Shown: piece by piece, positions 38,041 to 48,658 of the stretch
Layout of the letters: each line of letters begins with the position of its first letter
How positions within the stretch are numbered: position 1 is the stretch's first letter
Source: a virus
Taxonomy: Duplodnaviria > Caudoviricetes
IMG/VR virus record: IMGVR_UViG_3300009716_000731
Span: 1 to 64,000 of that record
DNA length: 64,000 bases
Direction: 5' to 3' (one strand)
Translations under genes and position numbers: made by a program
The notes under the pieces: generated by a model
Seen by the model: only the letters and a program-made list of their open reading frames with translations
Database searches by the model: none
Told to the model about the DNA's origin: nothing

Positions 38041-38096
38041 AAGATATAGCTTATATAAGAGATCAAAAAATTGATAAATTATTAAACGATAAATAA
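38019..38096 (+). pseudogene. 25 aa mini-ORF: Fpg/Nei-like start fused to the C-terminal tag
   Basis: MPEGPELKDIAYIRDQKIDKLLNDK*. Confidence 0.5.
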
Positions 38097-38123
38097 AAAG
38101 AGAGACTTTCGTCTCTCTTTTTT
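38096..38123. terminator. bidirectional intrinsic terminator
   Basis: AAAAGAGAGAC-tttc-GTCTCTCTTTT. Confidence 0.8.
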
Positions 38124-38977
38124 TATTCTACTCCTTGCATTAGCTCAAATGCTTGTTCTTTTATTTGTTTTTGTAATAACTCCATAGCTCTTGCTAATCT
38201 TGTTAAACCAATTCCAGCACCATATCTTGGGAAAAAGTCGTGTGATAAAAAGTCATTTAATTCTTTAACAACTCTTTCTTCTCCAAATAAGTCAAATAGT
38301 TTTTTAGCGTAACCACCATTTTCGATAGTATAGAACATTTCTCTCATTTTCTCAACATCACAACTTCTTTCAGCAGAACCAATAGTTTCTTGACCGAATA
38401 AAATAACATCTACCTTATTAAAAATGTTATCTTGGTTGTGTTTCATATTCCAAAATGGATTTGTTCTAATTGGAAAGTTTTGTAAAGAAACACAATGTCC
38501 TAATTCTTTCCACATTCTTGCTTCGTGTTCGTTCTCAAGAATTTCCACTCCACCATATTCTTGACATAAATCATCATAGTTTCTTTCTACTGGTGAACCA
38601 AAACCTAAATAAACTAAAAGTTCATGTTCTAATTTTAGAAGATCTTCCATTGTTCCTTTTGACTCAAACTCAAACATAGGAAAAATAGTTTCATGTCTTC
38701 CTTCGATAGGATTTTTTTCAGCACGGTAAGATGTAGTTATACAAAATACTCCTTCCCATTCTGGATTTTTTAATAATTCATGTTCTAACCACATTTGTCC
38801 TGTTTGTGGTAAAGGCCATACTTGATTGTTCCATTGATAAGTTTCAACAGAGTGAGGATTTTCACAAGCTGCTAAGATTGATAATCTTGGTTGAGCTGGA
38901 ACCTCGATGAAATTTTTTGACAAAAAAAATTCTCTTAGTTTCTGAACTAGAGAATGATACATTAAAGTGTTACGCAT
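38123..38977 (-). CDS. AsnRS/AspRS catalytic-domain-only homologue (AsnA2-like)
   Basis: Class II motifs LREFF...FIEV, SYRAE...GRH...F.M.EFE, ETIGSAER, GAGIGLTRL; no OB anticodon domain; ATG 38977 preferred. Confidence 0.8.
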   Translation of the reverse strand: MRNTLMYHSLVQKLREFFLSKNFIEVPAQPRLSILAACENPHSVETYQWNNQVWPLPQTGQMWLEHELLKNPEWEGVFCITTSYRAEKNPIEGRHETIFPMFEFESKGTMEDLLKLEHELLVYLGFGSPVERNYDDLCQEYGGVEILENEHEARMWKELGHCVSLQNFPIRTNPFWNMKHNQDNIFNKVDVILFGQETIGSAERSCDVEKMREMFYTIENGGYAKKLFDLFGEERVVKELNDFLSHDFFPRYGAGIGLTRLARAMELLQKQIKEQAFELMQGVE

Positions 38978-39084
38978 AAGAAATTTTTTTTTTGAGTCAA
39001 TTAAAAATTGTCTCAAATGTTAGTTATTATTAAATTCTAGATATATATAAAAAAATTACCTTTTGTTTAGGTAATTTTTATTTT

Positions 39085-39459
39085 TTATATTCCAATTTCA
39101 TTTAGTTTATTTTCTCTATACATTGGCATAAATACTTCTTCAAGAATAGTTAGGCTTTTTCTTTCTGAATCTGTTAGACTTGAAACTTTATATCTTAAGC
39201 TACTACCCGTATTTCTTTTGTTATTTAGTTCTTCGTAGATGTTTTTTATTTCTTCAATATCAATATCTTGATATTCACTTTCAATAACTATATCTTGTAT
39301 ATTATAATTTTGATGATAAATTTCTTGTGTGAATTCTTTTGATATTTGTTTACTTACTCTAATAAATTTTTGCTTACTTGTTTGATATATTACAACATTT
39401 AGTTGATCTTTTGACTCGTTTGTTAAAATTTCTGCTTTTATTAGCGTAAGTTCATCCAT
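39085..39459 (-). CDS. hypothetical protein with C-terminal RENKLNEIGI tag
   Basis: 124 aa. Confidence 0.7.
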   Translation of the reverse strand: MDELTLIKAEILTNESKDQLNVVIYQTSKQKFIRVSKQISKEFTQEIYHQNYNIQDIVIESEYQDIDIEEIKNIYEELNNKRNTGSSLRYKVSSLTDSERKSLTILEEVFMPMYRENKLNEIGI

Positions 39460-39512
39460 TTTTATTAATTATTTTTTGTTTTATATATTTATATATTAAT
39501 ATATAATATGCT

Positions 39513-41411
39513 ATGATAGTTAAAAGTTTTAATAATTTTATTAATGAAAATATGGATCAAGCAAAATCCATAATTTCTAAGAAGATGAAAGCGTTTGAGA
39601 AGCTTAAAGATCTTCTATCTAAAAACATGGGATATATTGGTAAGTTTACTGAATATCTAATGTCAGAGAATATATCGTATGAGCAGTTAGAAGAATTATA
39701 TAAAAAGATAATAGATCTAAAGTCTAAAAATGTTACGTTAGATATATCTAAATTAACTTATGAAAAAGCTTTAGATAAAGCTCAAGACTCATATAATGAT
39801 TTATCAGTTAATTCATTAATTAGTAAATTTCCTTCTTTACAAAAAAGTTTAGCAAGAGAAGCTATAAAAAATAATAGTTCAAACTTTAATATTTTATTAA
39901 AGGTATCTAAAAAAGATAACTTAGAAGCTTTTATTAGTAAAGTAGCAAGATATAAAAGTAAAGAACAATTATTAGATGCTCTCAAACTTTTCTCAAAAGA
40001 TGCTAAAAATGATAGAGAATATGTTAAATCTATTTTACCTGAACTTAAAAGTAAAATAGTATTTGAGAATGATGAGATTATGATTGTTTATGTTCCTAAA
40101 CATGAAGATATAAAAGTATTAGGATCTGATACTTCTTGGTGTATTGTTGGTGGTATGTGGAGTAGATATACGACCGGTAGATACCAATACATACTTTATA
40201 ATTATGACTTAGATGAGTATAATCCACTATTTAAGATTGGATTCACTCTAAATCCGAATGGTTCTGTTCATGCAGCACACGATATATTAGATGGTTCTTG
40301 TTCTCAGGTATTAGAAGCTATTTTAGCTAAAAATAATATAACTAAGATAAATTTAATTACTGGTTTAGGTGATATAGAAGGAGCTGTTAAAAAAATTGAG
40401 GTTAAAGATATAAAAGCTAATACTTCAATAGCATCTATTGAACTACTAATTAATTCTTCTGATAAAGAAACTTTAGCTTTAATTGTTAAGAAATTATTAC
40501 AAGTTTATAAATGGAGTAAAACTTTAGGATTTGAAAGAAGTGTAAGTGATGGTAGAAAGAATCTATTAATAAAATCAGTAAAACAATTATTTGCAGGTGT
40601 TGATTTAATTGATCGTGAAAAGTGTAATGCTGTTGATGAATCTTTATTCTCATTTGTTAATTATTATAAGGGAAGTTTTACCAATTTCTTTAACAAAGAC
40701 TTCTTTAGTTGGAGTCTACCAGCTAATGTATTATTAAAAGTTATTGATAAGTGGAGCGATGAAACAATTATAAAAGGTGCAGTTTACTCATCTGATTTGA
40801 TGGTTAGTGGTTATATAGATTATACCAAACCAATTGACGATTCTAAATTTAGAAAAGGTATAGAAGCTACTAAAAAATTATCAGATAGGTTAAATAAAAT
40901 CTATAAAGATAAATCATATTTAGAATATGAAGGTAAAATAAATTTGAATCCATTTTTTAGTAGAATAGTTTTCTTAAATTATGTTTTAGGTAGACCAGAA
41001 GCTTGTCCTAAAGAATTACTAAAGTATGCTAATAATAATTCATATCCAGGATTATTTGATAAAGAAATTGATATAAGTGGTCAAACTATTTTAGGATCAT
41101 ATGTAAATGATTATCCAATTGAAAGTATTAAGAAGAAAGATTATCAAGATGCTTATATAAATATAGGAGATTGGAGAACATTTATTAGATTTATCCCAAG
41201 AATACTTAGACATCTTAATGGCTATAAGTTAGTATTTAAGATAGGTAAAAATAGTTTGAGAGATATTGCAACTCGTGGAAGCTATGGAACAATTCCTGAG
41301 ACGGATATTATTTACTTAAAAAAGATGCAGGATATAATGCGTAAGTTCCCTCAAAGATTAGTAAAAGGTAAAAAAGTTACAGAAGGTAACATAACAATAG
41401 AAGTAGTTTAA
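39513..41411 (+). CDS. large N-tagged hypothetical protein (LG.DTSWCI motif)
   Basis: MIVKSFNNFINEN; TTAATATATA upstream. Confidence 0.8.
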   Translation: MIVKSFNNFINENMDQAKSIISKKMKAFEKLKDLLSKNMGYIGKFTEYLMSENISYEQLEELYKKIIDLKSKNVTLDISKLTYEKALDKAQDSYNDLSVNSLISKFPSLQKSLAREAIKNNSSNFNILLKVSKKDNLEAFISKVARYKSKEQLLDALKLFSKDAKNDREYVKSILPELKSKIVFENDEIMIVYVPKHEDIKVLGSDTSWCIVGGMWSRYTTGRYQYILYNYDLDEYNPLFKIGFTLNPNGSVHAAHDILDGSCSQVLEAILAKNNITKINLITGLGDIEGAVKKIEVKDIKANTSIASIELLINSSDKETLALIVKKLLQVYKWSKTLGFERSVSDGRKNLLIKSVKQLFAGVDLIDREKCNAVDESLFSFVNYYKGSFTNFFNKDFFSWSLPANVLLKVIDKWSDETIIKGAVYSSDLMVSGYIDYTKPIDDSKFRKGIEATKKLSDRLNKIYKDKSYLEYEGKINLNPFFSRIVFLNYVLGRPEACPKELLKYANNNSYPGLFDKEIDISGQTILGSYVNDYPIESIKKKDYQDAYINIGDWRTFIRFIPRILRHLNGYKLVFKIGKNSLRDIATRGSYGTIPETDIIYLKKMQDIMRKFPQRLVKGKKVTEGNITIEVV

Positions 41412-41412
41412 T

Positions 41413-42303
41413 ATGAAATTTTTAAGATTATATGAAGCGTGGGTCAAAAGTGGACCGAGATATATACCAAGTGGTGCTAAATTTAAGAGTAAAGATCCTA
41501 ATGATGATGCTATTTATAAAGTAATTGGTTCGGGAGAAACCACATTATCTTATAATAGTGATAAAGATCCTGAGGTTAAAAGAGATAAGATTTATAACTT
41601 CTTAAAGAATTATGATGAGATATTAGAGCCATTATTAGAACCTAATACTGAAGATACTATTCCAGAAGTTGGTTCTAGATGGATTAATAAAGAAAATAAT
41701 ATTGCTATTGTACATAGAATAAATAACAATTTATTATATTTTTATTTATTAAATGATCCTAGTAATCTTATATCAATGTATATAAGAGAATTTTTATGTA
41801 AGTTTATTCCTAAAGATAAAGATATTTATAGAGATGATATAGAGCTTGACTTTAATAAATCAGTTTATATTGCAGATGAAAAAGCTATAATAGGTGCTTT
41901 TTACATTAAAAAAGAGACTGATAAAGCTTATGAAATATTAAATATAAAAGAATATCAAAGAGATAGTGTTTTTATGGATGGTGCAGACCCTTATTCTGTT
42001 TCTATACATACTACTTTTCTACCTAAGTCTCAGTGTAAAATAATAAAACCGGTTGAAAGTAAAGAAGGATTTTTTTATATAAAAGTTCCTTATTGGTTAT
42101 ATAAAGAAAAGACTGATCTTCAAATAAAAAGATTACCGGTTAGACTTAAAAGAATTTCTATTAAAAATGATGATTATAATAAAAAAGATTTTCTTAAAAT
42201 GTTTGGCAATCCTCATGTAATTAAATATTTCCAAGGTTCAAATCCTGATAAATTAACTAATCAACATATTGAGTCTTATGCTAAGCATGGAAATCTTTCA
42301 TAG
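41413..42303 (+). CDS. N-tagged hypothetical protein
   Basis: MKFLRLYEA. Confidence 0.75.
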   Translation: MKFLRLYEAWVKSGPRYIPSGAKFKSKDPNDDAIYKVIGSGETTLSYNSDKDPEVKRDKIYNFLKNYDEILEPLLEPNTEDTIPEVGSRWINKENNIAIVHRINNNLLYFYLLNDPSNLISMYIREFLCKFIPKDKDIYRDDIELDFNKSVYIADEKAIIGAFYIKKETDKAYEILNIKEYQRDSVFMDGADPYSVSIHTTFLPKSQCKIIKPVESKEGFFYIKVPYWLYKEKTDLQIKRLPVRLKRISIKNDDYNKKDFLKMFGNPHVIKYFQGSNPDKLTNQHIESYAKHGNLS

Positions 42304-42770
42304 ATCATAAAGTTGAAATCATATTGGTGTTTTTCATCTTTATCATGAAATTCTACTGAATTTAATATCCATTCACTTCCTATTTCTGGAAAGAAAGTAT
42401 CTGCATCATCAATTGTAGTATTTACTTTTGTAATATCAATTCTATCTAATAGATGCATACTTTGTTTGTATATTTGACCACCACCAATAATAAATACGTC
42501 TTCTCCTTTTGTAAATTCAATAGCTTGTTCAATTGTTTTGAAAGTAAAACAATTTTCAGGTACTTGATAATTTTCTTGATTTGTTATAATTAAGTGAGTT
42601 CTATCTGGAAGAGGTTTTGGGAAAGTCTCAAATGTTTTTCTACCCATTAAGATAAAGTTACCTGATGTAACTTGTTTGAATCTTTTGAAGTCATCTGGTA
42701 AGTGCCAACACAAATCATTATTTCTACCAATTGCCCAATTATTAGAAGCTGCTACTATTGCTGTAATCAT
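42276..42770 (-). CDS. folA: dihydrofolate reductase
   Basis: AIG.NNDL.WHLPDD..RFK..T, MGRKTFE, PLP.R, IIGGGQIY, DTFFP. Confidence 0.95.
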   Translation of the reverse strand: MITAIVAASNNWAIGRNNDLCWHLPDDFKRFKQVTSGNFILMGRKTFETFPKPLPDRTHLIITNQENYQVPENCFTFKTIEQAIEFTKGEDVFIIGGGQIYKQSMHLLDRIDITKVNTTIDDADTFFPEIGSEWILNSVEFHDKDEKHQYDFNFMIYERFPCLA

Positions 42771-42812
42771 TAAATATAGTTTTTCTTTTTATATTTAATA
42801 ATCTATAAAAGT

Positions 42813-44387
42813 TTATTGACACTCGTAGCAGTCTCTTCTTCCTCTACCACCACATTCATCACACTCTTGCTCACCAGAGCCATCACAACGTGAACATTCA
42901 TATTCACCAGTTCCATCACAATTTGAACACTCTTCTCTACCTGATCCATCGCAACGATTACAATTTCTGGTTCCTTCACCGTCACAAGTAGTACAAGTTT
43001 CTCCATCAACTTCACCAGTTCCATCACAAGTTGAACAATCTTCTACACCTTCTCCATCACAGTAACCACAATCAACTTGACCACCACCGCTACAGTCATA
43101 ACATTCTACATTACCGCTGCCGTGACATCTGTAACAACTTTCTACACCACTTCCGCTACATTCACCACATTCAATTTCACCAGATCCACCACATTCGTCA
43201 CAAGAACCGTTGCCACCAGAAGTATCTGTTAGTTCATAATCGTATGAGTTAGAGGTACCATTATAAAGATAACCTGCTGTATCGTAGTACTTGAAGCTAT
43301 CCATATAAGGATAGTATCTCATACCATTCCATTTTAGTTTAATTTCTGCTTTGCTTTCATCATAACTTAATTCATTACCATTAAACATTAAGGTCATATC
43401 ACTATATGTTTGATATTTTTTATAATTAAATCCTTTCTCAATTGCAAATTCCTTAAATAAGGTTTCATCAGCAGAATTTATAACATAAACTCTATCCATT
43501 ATTTTTCTACCTTGTACATCAGTCCAAAGTAATGCTCTTCCGATTATTTTACTTTCATCGTCTTTAGCTTTAAGTATGATTAGTTGACATACTTCTGGAT
43601 TTTTAACATATATATCTAAATAAGGTTGACATTTATCATATCTCATACAAGAACCACCTAATGTACCTGCAATTTTATAATAATTATCTGCTAAGTACCA
43701 ATATCTTATTTGTTCCTCTTTAACTATTTCAAATCTACTAAATACATCTTTTTCTTTTTGAATAGTTGCTTTATACTTATTAACAAAATCTTCAATTTGT
43801 CTATCTGTAAATTCTATATCAGCTTTTCTTAATATAGCTCTAAGAAATCTACCAACATTCATATCAGATTTTGTTAGTTTATTTATATCATATTCAATAC
43901 CTCTATGAGCTATGAAGTTTTGATACTCTTTATTATTTACTTCCCAAGTAATAAGACAAAATGGAATTGTTTTCATTTTTCTTCCATAAATCTTATCTAT
44001 TTCTTCTTGTTTTAGATTTTTAATTTTAACTTCTTCACCTGTTCGTGGATAACCTTCCTCACCTAATGGATAAGTTCCTTCCTCTTTTGCTTTTTCGAAC
44101 ATACCAGAATAAACTTCATCTGGATTTTTTACTTTAGCAGGTGCTCTTTTAATTCTATCTTCTGGTATAAAGAAAATCTTATCTTCCTTATCTAAATCAA
44201 ATGTGATATGATTAGTGTTTACATCTACTTCTTTTCCTTGTAAAGAAAGTAATTTGTCTTTTAGTTCACTACCTTTTATAAGGTTTAGTAAGTCAACAAA
44301 TTTTTTATCAAATACTATATTTGCTTCGAGTAGTAACTGTAATTGACTTTCATTAATAAAGTCAGCATATTTATTTAAGTTTCTCAT
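42813..44387 (-). CDS. SCM/GRALLW/MDRVY family protein with a long CxxCxGxG repeat tail
   Basis: Shared core motifs; about 11 CxxCxGxG units at the C-terminus; N-terminal tag KYADFINES. Confidence 0.85.
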   Translation of the reverse strand: MRNLNKYADFINESQLQLLLEANIVFDKKFVDLLNLIKGSELKDKLLSLQGKEVDVNTNHITFDLDKEDKIFFIPEDRIKRAPAKVKNPDEVYSGMFEKAKEEGTYPLGEEGYPRTGEEVKIKNLKQEEIDKIYGRKMKTIPFCLITWEVNNKEYQNFIAHRGIEYDINKLTKSDMNVGRFLRAILRKADIEFTDRQIEDFVNKYKATIQKEKDVFSRFEIVKEEQIRYWYLADNYYKIAGTLGGSCMRYDKCQPYLDIYVKNPEVCQLIILKAKDDESKIIGRALLWTDVQGRKIMDRVYVINSADETLFKEFAIEKGFNYKKYQTYSDMTLMFNGNELSYDESKAEIKLKWNGMRYYPYMDSFKYYDTAGYLYNGTSNSYDYELTDTSGGNGSCDECGGSGEIECGECSGSGVESCYRCHGSGNVECYDCSGGGQVDCGYCDGEGVEDCSTCDGTGEVDGETCTTCDGEGTRNCNRCDGSGREECSNCDGTGEYECSRCDGSGEQECDECGGRGRRDCYECQ

Positions 44388-44440
44388 AAATGTATATATT
44401 AAAAAAAGATTTATAGAAATTAATTTTAATATATATATTT

Positions 44441-46045
44441 ATGAAATATATCAAATTTTTTGAAGAAGCAAATATTAATCTTTTAGAATTAGATAAGCTT
44501 AAAGGTGTTGATACAAGAGGACAAATATTAGTTAATAAATTATCATCTAATGAGCCTAAATTAGATTTTAATAAAGGCGAACAACTAGTTAATCTAATGT
44601 TAAATATGGATGACGAGTGGGTTATTCCAAGTATTGCAATTCAAGATATTCTAACAAATGGTTCTTATGATTCTGATAAAGCTAAACAATTATTCTTGAA
44701 AAACAATAGATATAAAGACGTTTTTAAGTCTGGTACTGATACTTATAAACTAAATCAAGTAAAGAAAACTCCAGATTTTGGATCTTCTGGTCCTGGTATT
44801 TTAACTAAAAAGTATGAGATAATACAGTCATTATTTATTGCATATAAGATTACTTACCCTAATTTAGATCTAACAACTTCTAATATATCAAGCTTTCTAC
44901 AAGATTATAAACAACAAAAAAGTGATAATGCTAAAAAAGGTGTTCTTAAAAGAATCGGATTACATATAGATATAGATGTGATTAGTGATGAAGATATTTT
45001 AGAGTTATCTAATAATAAAGATTGGTTTTCGACTTTCACTAGAATACCTGAAGCTTTATGGAATATGACAATTGGTAGAAATAGATTATTTTCAACAACT
45101 GGTAAATATTTATTTTTTCATATAACTAATAAAGATATAGATTCTCCTGTGTTTAAGCTAACTAAAAAATTTAACTCATTTACTAAAGGAGTTAAAATAG
45201 GATTTCCTAAGTTTTGTCCGGCTGATCTTTGGGTTGTTAAAGCAAATGCTTTACCAGAAATAAATAGAGCTATAGATTCTTGTGTTAATATAAATGATTT
45301 AATAACTTTGGTGGATATGTATTTTGGTAGTATTGATATGATACCAATATCTCTTAAAAAGGTTCTAAAAGGAGAAAGTTTCAAAATTATTGTTAATCGT
45401 ACGGTAGGTAAAAAGCTTCCAGACTTTTATATTAAAAGTTTTATGTTGGCAGATGACCCTTTCAAAGGAGCGGGAACAACAATAGTAACAAAATCTGTTT
45501 GGACTAGTGAAAATCCAGTACCAGGTGAAAAACCAGAGGAGCTTGAGAGAGTTGTTAAAATTGATTCATCTGAGAAAGGTAAAGCAATTGATGCTGAAAT
45601 CACTGGAAAAAGTTCAAAACAAGGTAAAATATCTTTTGATGCTATTAATAGAATTATTAATACACATCGAGCACATTGTAATCTTATAAAAATTGATACT
45701 TTGTCTGAGTTAAAACCATTAAGTATAGAGCAACTTAAAGTTAAGATACAAACTCATTATGATATTTTAACAAATTTAAGACTTGTAAATGCTAATATTG
45801 CTTATCAAACAGCAACAAGATTAAGTTCAAAAGGTAAAGAGTATCAAACAAGATTAAAAACTTTAACAACCGAACACGATTTTATGACTAAGTTACAAGC
45901 CTTACAAGTTACTATTTGTATAGCTCAGGTTTATATGGATAGTCCTATTGAAGGTAATAAATTAATGACAAGTTTAATGAGATATGCGTTATCTATTCAA
46001 ACTGATGTATTTGATACAACTCCAAAATATTTAAGGGTTATATAA
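44441..46045 (+). CDS. N-tagged protein with a possible PD-(D/E)xK-like nuclease core
   Basis: MKYIKFFEEA; PADLW...IPISLKK motif. Confidence 0.6.
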   Translation: MKYIKFFEEANINLLELDKLKGVDTRGQILVNKLSSNEPKLDFNKGEQLVNLMLNMDDEWVIPSIAIQDILTNGSYDSDKAKQLFLKNNRYKDVFKSGTDTYKLNQVKKTPDFGSSGPGILTKKYEIIQSLFIAYKITYPNLDLTTSNISSFLQDYKQQKSDNAKKGVLKRIGLHIDIDVISDEDILELSNNKDWFSTFTRIPEALWNMTIGRNRLFSTTGKYLFFHITNKDIDSPVFKLTKKFNSFTKGVKIGFPKFCPADLWVVKANALPEINRAIDSCVNINDLITLVDMYFGSIDMIPISLKKVLKGESFKIIVNRTVGKKLPDFYIKSFMLADDPFKGAGTTIVTKSVWTSENPVPGEKPEELERVVKIDSSEKGKAIDAEITGKSSKQGKISFDAINRIINTHRAHCNLIKIDTLSELKPLSIEQLKVKIQTHYDILTNLRLVNANIAYQTATRLSSKGKEYQTRLKTLTTEHDFMTKLQALQVTICIAQVYMDSPIEGNKLMTSLMRYALSIQTDVFDTTPKYLRVI

Positions 46046-46331
46046 ATCTTTTTACATTACCCATTTTATCAAGTATTACATTTTTACCATCTTTTCTTCT
46101 TGCGATAATTTCAATACCTGAAAATCTTGCTTCATAAATATCATTAGCTAAGGTTCTAACAGGATTACCCATTGCGTCTTTTAATATTAGTTTACCATCA
46201 TTAGCAGTAACTAAAAATTGATTACTATCTTGATCAAAAGTGGCAAAATTAACATTTTCTGCAATTCTTCTTCCTGGATTTCCCCATTTATCACATACAT
46301 ACAAAGTACCATTTAATATCTTAAATAACAT
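46038..46331 (-). CDS. hypothetical protein with D..GNP repeats
   Basis: DKWGNP, DAMGNP, DKMGNV. Confidence 0.7.
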   Translation of the reverse strand: MLFKILNGTLYVCDKWGNPGRRIAENVNFATFDQDSNQFLVTANDGKLILKDAMGNPVRTLANDIYEARFSGIEIIARRKDGKNVILDKMGNVKRFI

Positions 46332-46361
46332 AACTTTAATAAATTTTAATATATATATTAT

Positions 46362-46508
46362 ATGAAAAAAAAGCCTTTAGGTCTAAAAATAAATCCTGAG
46401 CTTTGGGAACGATTTACAAAGCACGTAGAATATGTTGGTTATGACCGAACCAAGCTATTTAAGAAGATTTTGGAAAATTTTCTACAAAAAAACACTAAAA
46501 AAGAATAA
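46362..46508 (+). CDS. 48 aa ribbon-helix-helix-like protein
   Basis: MKKKPLGLKINPELWERFTKHVEYVGYDRTKLFKKILENFL...; TAATATATA upstream. Confidence 0.55.
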   Translation: MKKKPLGLKINPELWERFTKHVEYVGYDRTKLFKKILENFLQKNTKKE

Positions 46509-46556
46509 TTAAAAAATATATTTTATATATAGGTTAGAAAAAATAAATATGACACC

Positions 46557-46748
46557 ATGACAGCTCAAAAAGACACATTTATAGAATACAGATTAGATTA
46601 TATTGAGAGTGGTGAAAAACAAGAAATGTATCATGGGATGTTATCTAAGATTTTAAGATTTGTTAGAAACGAATCTCTTAGAGATTATAGCATTTATGGT
46701 CTTACTACCAAAGACGAATGGAAGCTTCTTATGAAAATAGGTAAGTGA
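46557..46748 (+). CDS. hypothetical protein
   Basis: 63 aa followed by a terminator. Confidence 0.6.
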   Translation: MTAQKDTFIEYRLDYIESGEKQEMYHGMLSKILRFVRNESLRDYSIYGLTTKDEWKLLMKIGK

Positions 46749-46754
46749 ACACAT

Positions 46755-46784
46755 AAAAAAAGAAGAGTAAAAACTCTTCTTTTT
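46755..46784. terminator. bidirectional intrinsic terminator
   Basis: AAAAAAAGAAGAG-taaaaa-CTCTTCTTTTT. Confidence 0.75.
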
Positions 46785-47752
46785 TATTTTTTATATTCTT
46801 CAAAGAATATTTCAAAGATTGCTTGCATAACTGGTACACATATTGAATTACCTGCTAATGCAACGTGTTTATTCCATAATATATTAGTTGATAAAAGTTT
46901 ATCTATATCATCGTCTTTAACTCCCATAAAACGATAAGCTTCTCTTGGTGATATAAATCTCATTCTACCATCATCTAGCATTATTTGTGTTATGTCAGTA
47001 GTATTTAAGCAAGGAGAACAAGCATCTATTGAGTAAATTCTGCGTCTTTGTTCAAACTTTCTATCTAATCTTTTAGCTAAAAGCTTACAAATACCTTTAT
47101 CTTTAGTTTCTACTAGCTCAATAGGTGGATTAATAAATAAGTTAGAATCTACTTCACTTTCTAAAAATTCTCTCATAGAAACTGTAGGTTGTTGTTTCTT
47201 AACAACGGAATATAATTTTTGGTTAACTGATTCATGTGATTCATTTAAGATAGAGAACATAAATACTCTTTCTCTATTTTGAGCACAGCCATAATCTGCA
47301 CCATTTAAGACGATCCAGCTACTACCATATCCTAATGAGGATAAAGTGTTTATATATTCTTTGAATTGAGTAATATGATTTTTAGATACTAAGTTTTTTA
47401 CATTTTCCATTAGTAAAAACTTAGGTTTGTTGTAAGTAACAATTCGTTCTACTTCATAAAGTAAACCACTACGAGTTCCTTGTTTTATTCCTCTCTGTAC
47501 ACCAGCTAAAGATATATCTTGGCAAGGAAAAGAGTAGGTTAAAAAATCACATTCCGGAAAGTTTTTTTCGTCTATCTTCTTAACATCACCAAGATTACCT
47601 AATACTGTTTTATGTAACGAGTCGTATGCTATATTTGCATTTTTTAATATATCACAGTTTGCAATATTTATGTAGTTTATACCGGCATATTTAAGTGCTA
47701 ATTCTTGTGTTCCATAGCCTGAGAAAAGACTAATTAATCTTAATTGTTTCAT
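46784..47752 (-). CDS. DNA (cytosine-5)-methyltransferase
   Basis: LFSGYG, FPCQDIS, ENVK, QNRERVF, AGNSI. Confidence 0.92.
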   Translation of the reverse strand: MKQLRLISLFSGYGTQELALKYAGINYINIANCDILKNANIAYDSLHKTVLGNLGDVKKIDEKNFPECDFLTYSFPCQDISLAGVQRGIKQGTRSGLLYEVERIVTYNKPKFLLMENVKNLVSKNHITQFKEYINTLSSLGYGSSWIVLNGADYGCAQNRERVFMFSILNESHESVNQKLYSVVKKQQPTVSMREFLESEVDSNLFINPPIELVETKDKGICKLLAKRLDRKFEQRRRIYSIDACSPCLNTTDITQIMLDDGRMRFISPREAYRFMGVKDDDIDKLLSTNILWNKHVALAGNSICVPVMQAIFEIFFEEYKK

Positions 47753-47781
47753 TTTATTTATATGATGATAAATAAAAATGT

Positions 47782-48261
47782 TTAATCTAAGTGACGAACA
47801 CTTTTGTGACTTGCTTTTGGTTTATTTGAATGGCTCCATAATCTAGCAAAAGGAGTTGAAAAGTAGTTGTTATAAATTAGAGTATCATCTAAGTGTAAAC
47901 TAATACCATTATCTTTACAATAATCACCTTTAGTTTTATCCCATAAAACATCATCAAATTTTACTTGTTTTGTTCCATCAGGAAATTCAATTTCACCTAA
48001 ATTATCAGCACCTGAGTTTAATAAAAAGTCATAAACTGAAAATTTGTGTGTCCAATGAATATTATATGATCTTAGCTCATTTTCTAATTTTTGTGTCCAT
48101 TCACCACCAGTGATGATATGCACTTCTCCACCATTTTTAATTATTGATTCACTTAAAAATGAGAAGAATTCTGGCATGGCATCAATTACACCATGTATGT
48201 CTAAACCTACCTTGAAGGTATCTTTAGAATTTTCGTTTACTATTGAGCTAAATTTTATCAT
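47782..48261 (-). CDS. HAD-like protein with N-terminal tag
   Basis: GLDIHGVID, HIITG, K...LHLDD. Confidence 0.65.
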   Translation of the reverse strand: MIKFSSIVNENSKDTFKVGLDIHGVIDAMPEFFSFLSESIIKNGGEVHIITGGEWTQKLENELRSYNIHWTHKFSVYDFLLNSGADNLGEIEFPDGTKQVKFDDVLWDKTKGDYCKDNGISLHLDDTLIYNNYFSTPFARLWSHSNKPKASHKSVRHLD

Positions 48262-48271
48262 AATTTATATA

Positions 48272-48658
48272 TTAAATTATTTCTTCGATTTTTTTATCCC
48301 TTAATTCAGCAATTGTCGGAATTTCATATACAAAGATATGAAAATAATTTGAATTATTCACAACATGCATATTCAAATTATTAGATGTGGAAGACATATT
48401 TAGCTGAGGTTCTGTAACCAAGCAACTTTTAACATACTTATAAAATTCAGGAACTTCAAAGTCTTCTATAGTTGAATCTATAATCATTAAGTCAATAATC
48501 TTTTTTTGTTCTGACTCTATATTATTTGAGTATAATAATTTTATTGTATTTGTGTAAGGTATACAAATATCAATTAATTCGCTAAACTCAGGTATGTTTA
48601 TTATATAAGTTGTTCTATCTTGTAGATAGATATATTCAGTTATAGTTTTATACCTCAT
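48272..48658 (-). CDS. hypothetical protein with C-terminal RDKKIEEII tag
   Basis: 128 aa. Confidence 0.7.
   Translation of the reverse strand: MRYKTITEYIYLQDRTTYIINIPEFSELIDICIPYTNTIKLLYSNNIESEQKKIIDLMIIDSTIEDFEVPEFYKYVKSCLVTEPQLNMSSTSNNLNMHVVNNSNYFHIFVYEIPTIAELRDKKIEEII

Noticed and set aside
42813-43210. DnaJ chaperone
   Set aside because: CxxCxGxG repeats are present but there is no J domain or HPD motif
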